In this document: positions 61,558 through 64,000 of the stretch, piece by piece
Layout of the letters: each line of letters opens with the position of its first letter
Numbering within the stretch: position 1 is the stretch's first letter
Source of the DNA: Selaginella moellendorffii
Taxonomy: Eukaryota > Plantae > Lycopodiophyta
Reading direction: 5' to 3'
Assembly: GCF_000143415.4 (NCBI RefSeq)
Contig: NW_003314342.1
Coordinates: forward strand, 519,569 to 583,568
Length of the DNA: 64,000 nucleotides
Notes under the pieces: model-generated
What the model was told of the DNA's origin: nothing
Databases searched by the model: none
Seen by the model: only the letters and a program-made list of their open reading frames with translations
Position numbers and translations under genes: made by a program

Positions 61558-64000
<2,443 letters not shown>

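Overview
Eukaryotic land-plant genomic DNA. The 45-75 nt introns, tightly packed genes, PLS-class PPR genes and a non-seed-plant-type hybrid histidine kinase fit a lycophyte such as Selaginella best (inference). The left ~28 kb is a repeat-rich mosaic: decayed Ty3/gypsy elements (a chromovirus family plus a non-chromovirus element with a tRNA-Ala-like PBS) are interleaved with three copies of an AT-rich segment. Each copy carries an intronless secreted protein resembling bacterial/fungal YvgO-type proteins (one intact, two disrupted). The first chromovirus has short GT-AG intron-like inserts inside its integrase and a TSD-flanked solo LTR in its chromodomain. The middle holds CLE, ALF4, dirigent and NTF2/SnoaL genes, then a ~10 kb structurally complete Helentron (subTIRs, hairpins, Rep-helicase-AP endonuclease, RPA70-like gene, captured GPAT fragment). 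The right end is a compact gene block: LysM-GPI, PPR, FKBP17, PPR, NFD4-like MFS, DHHC S-acyltransferase, ssSPT with a U12 intron, and the 3' part of a hybrid histidine kinase. All family calls come from motif recognition by eye; no searches were run.
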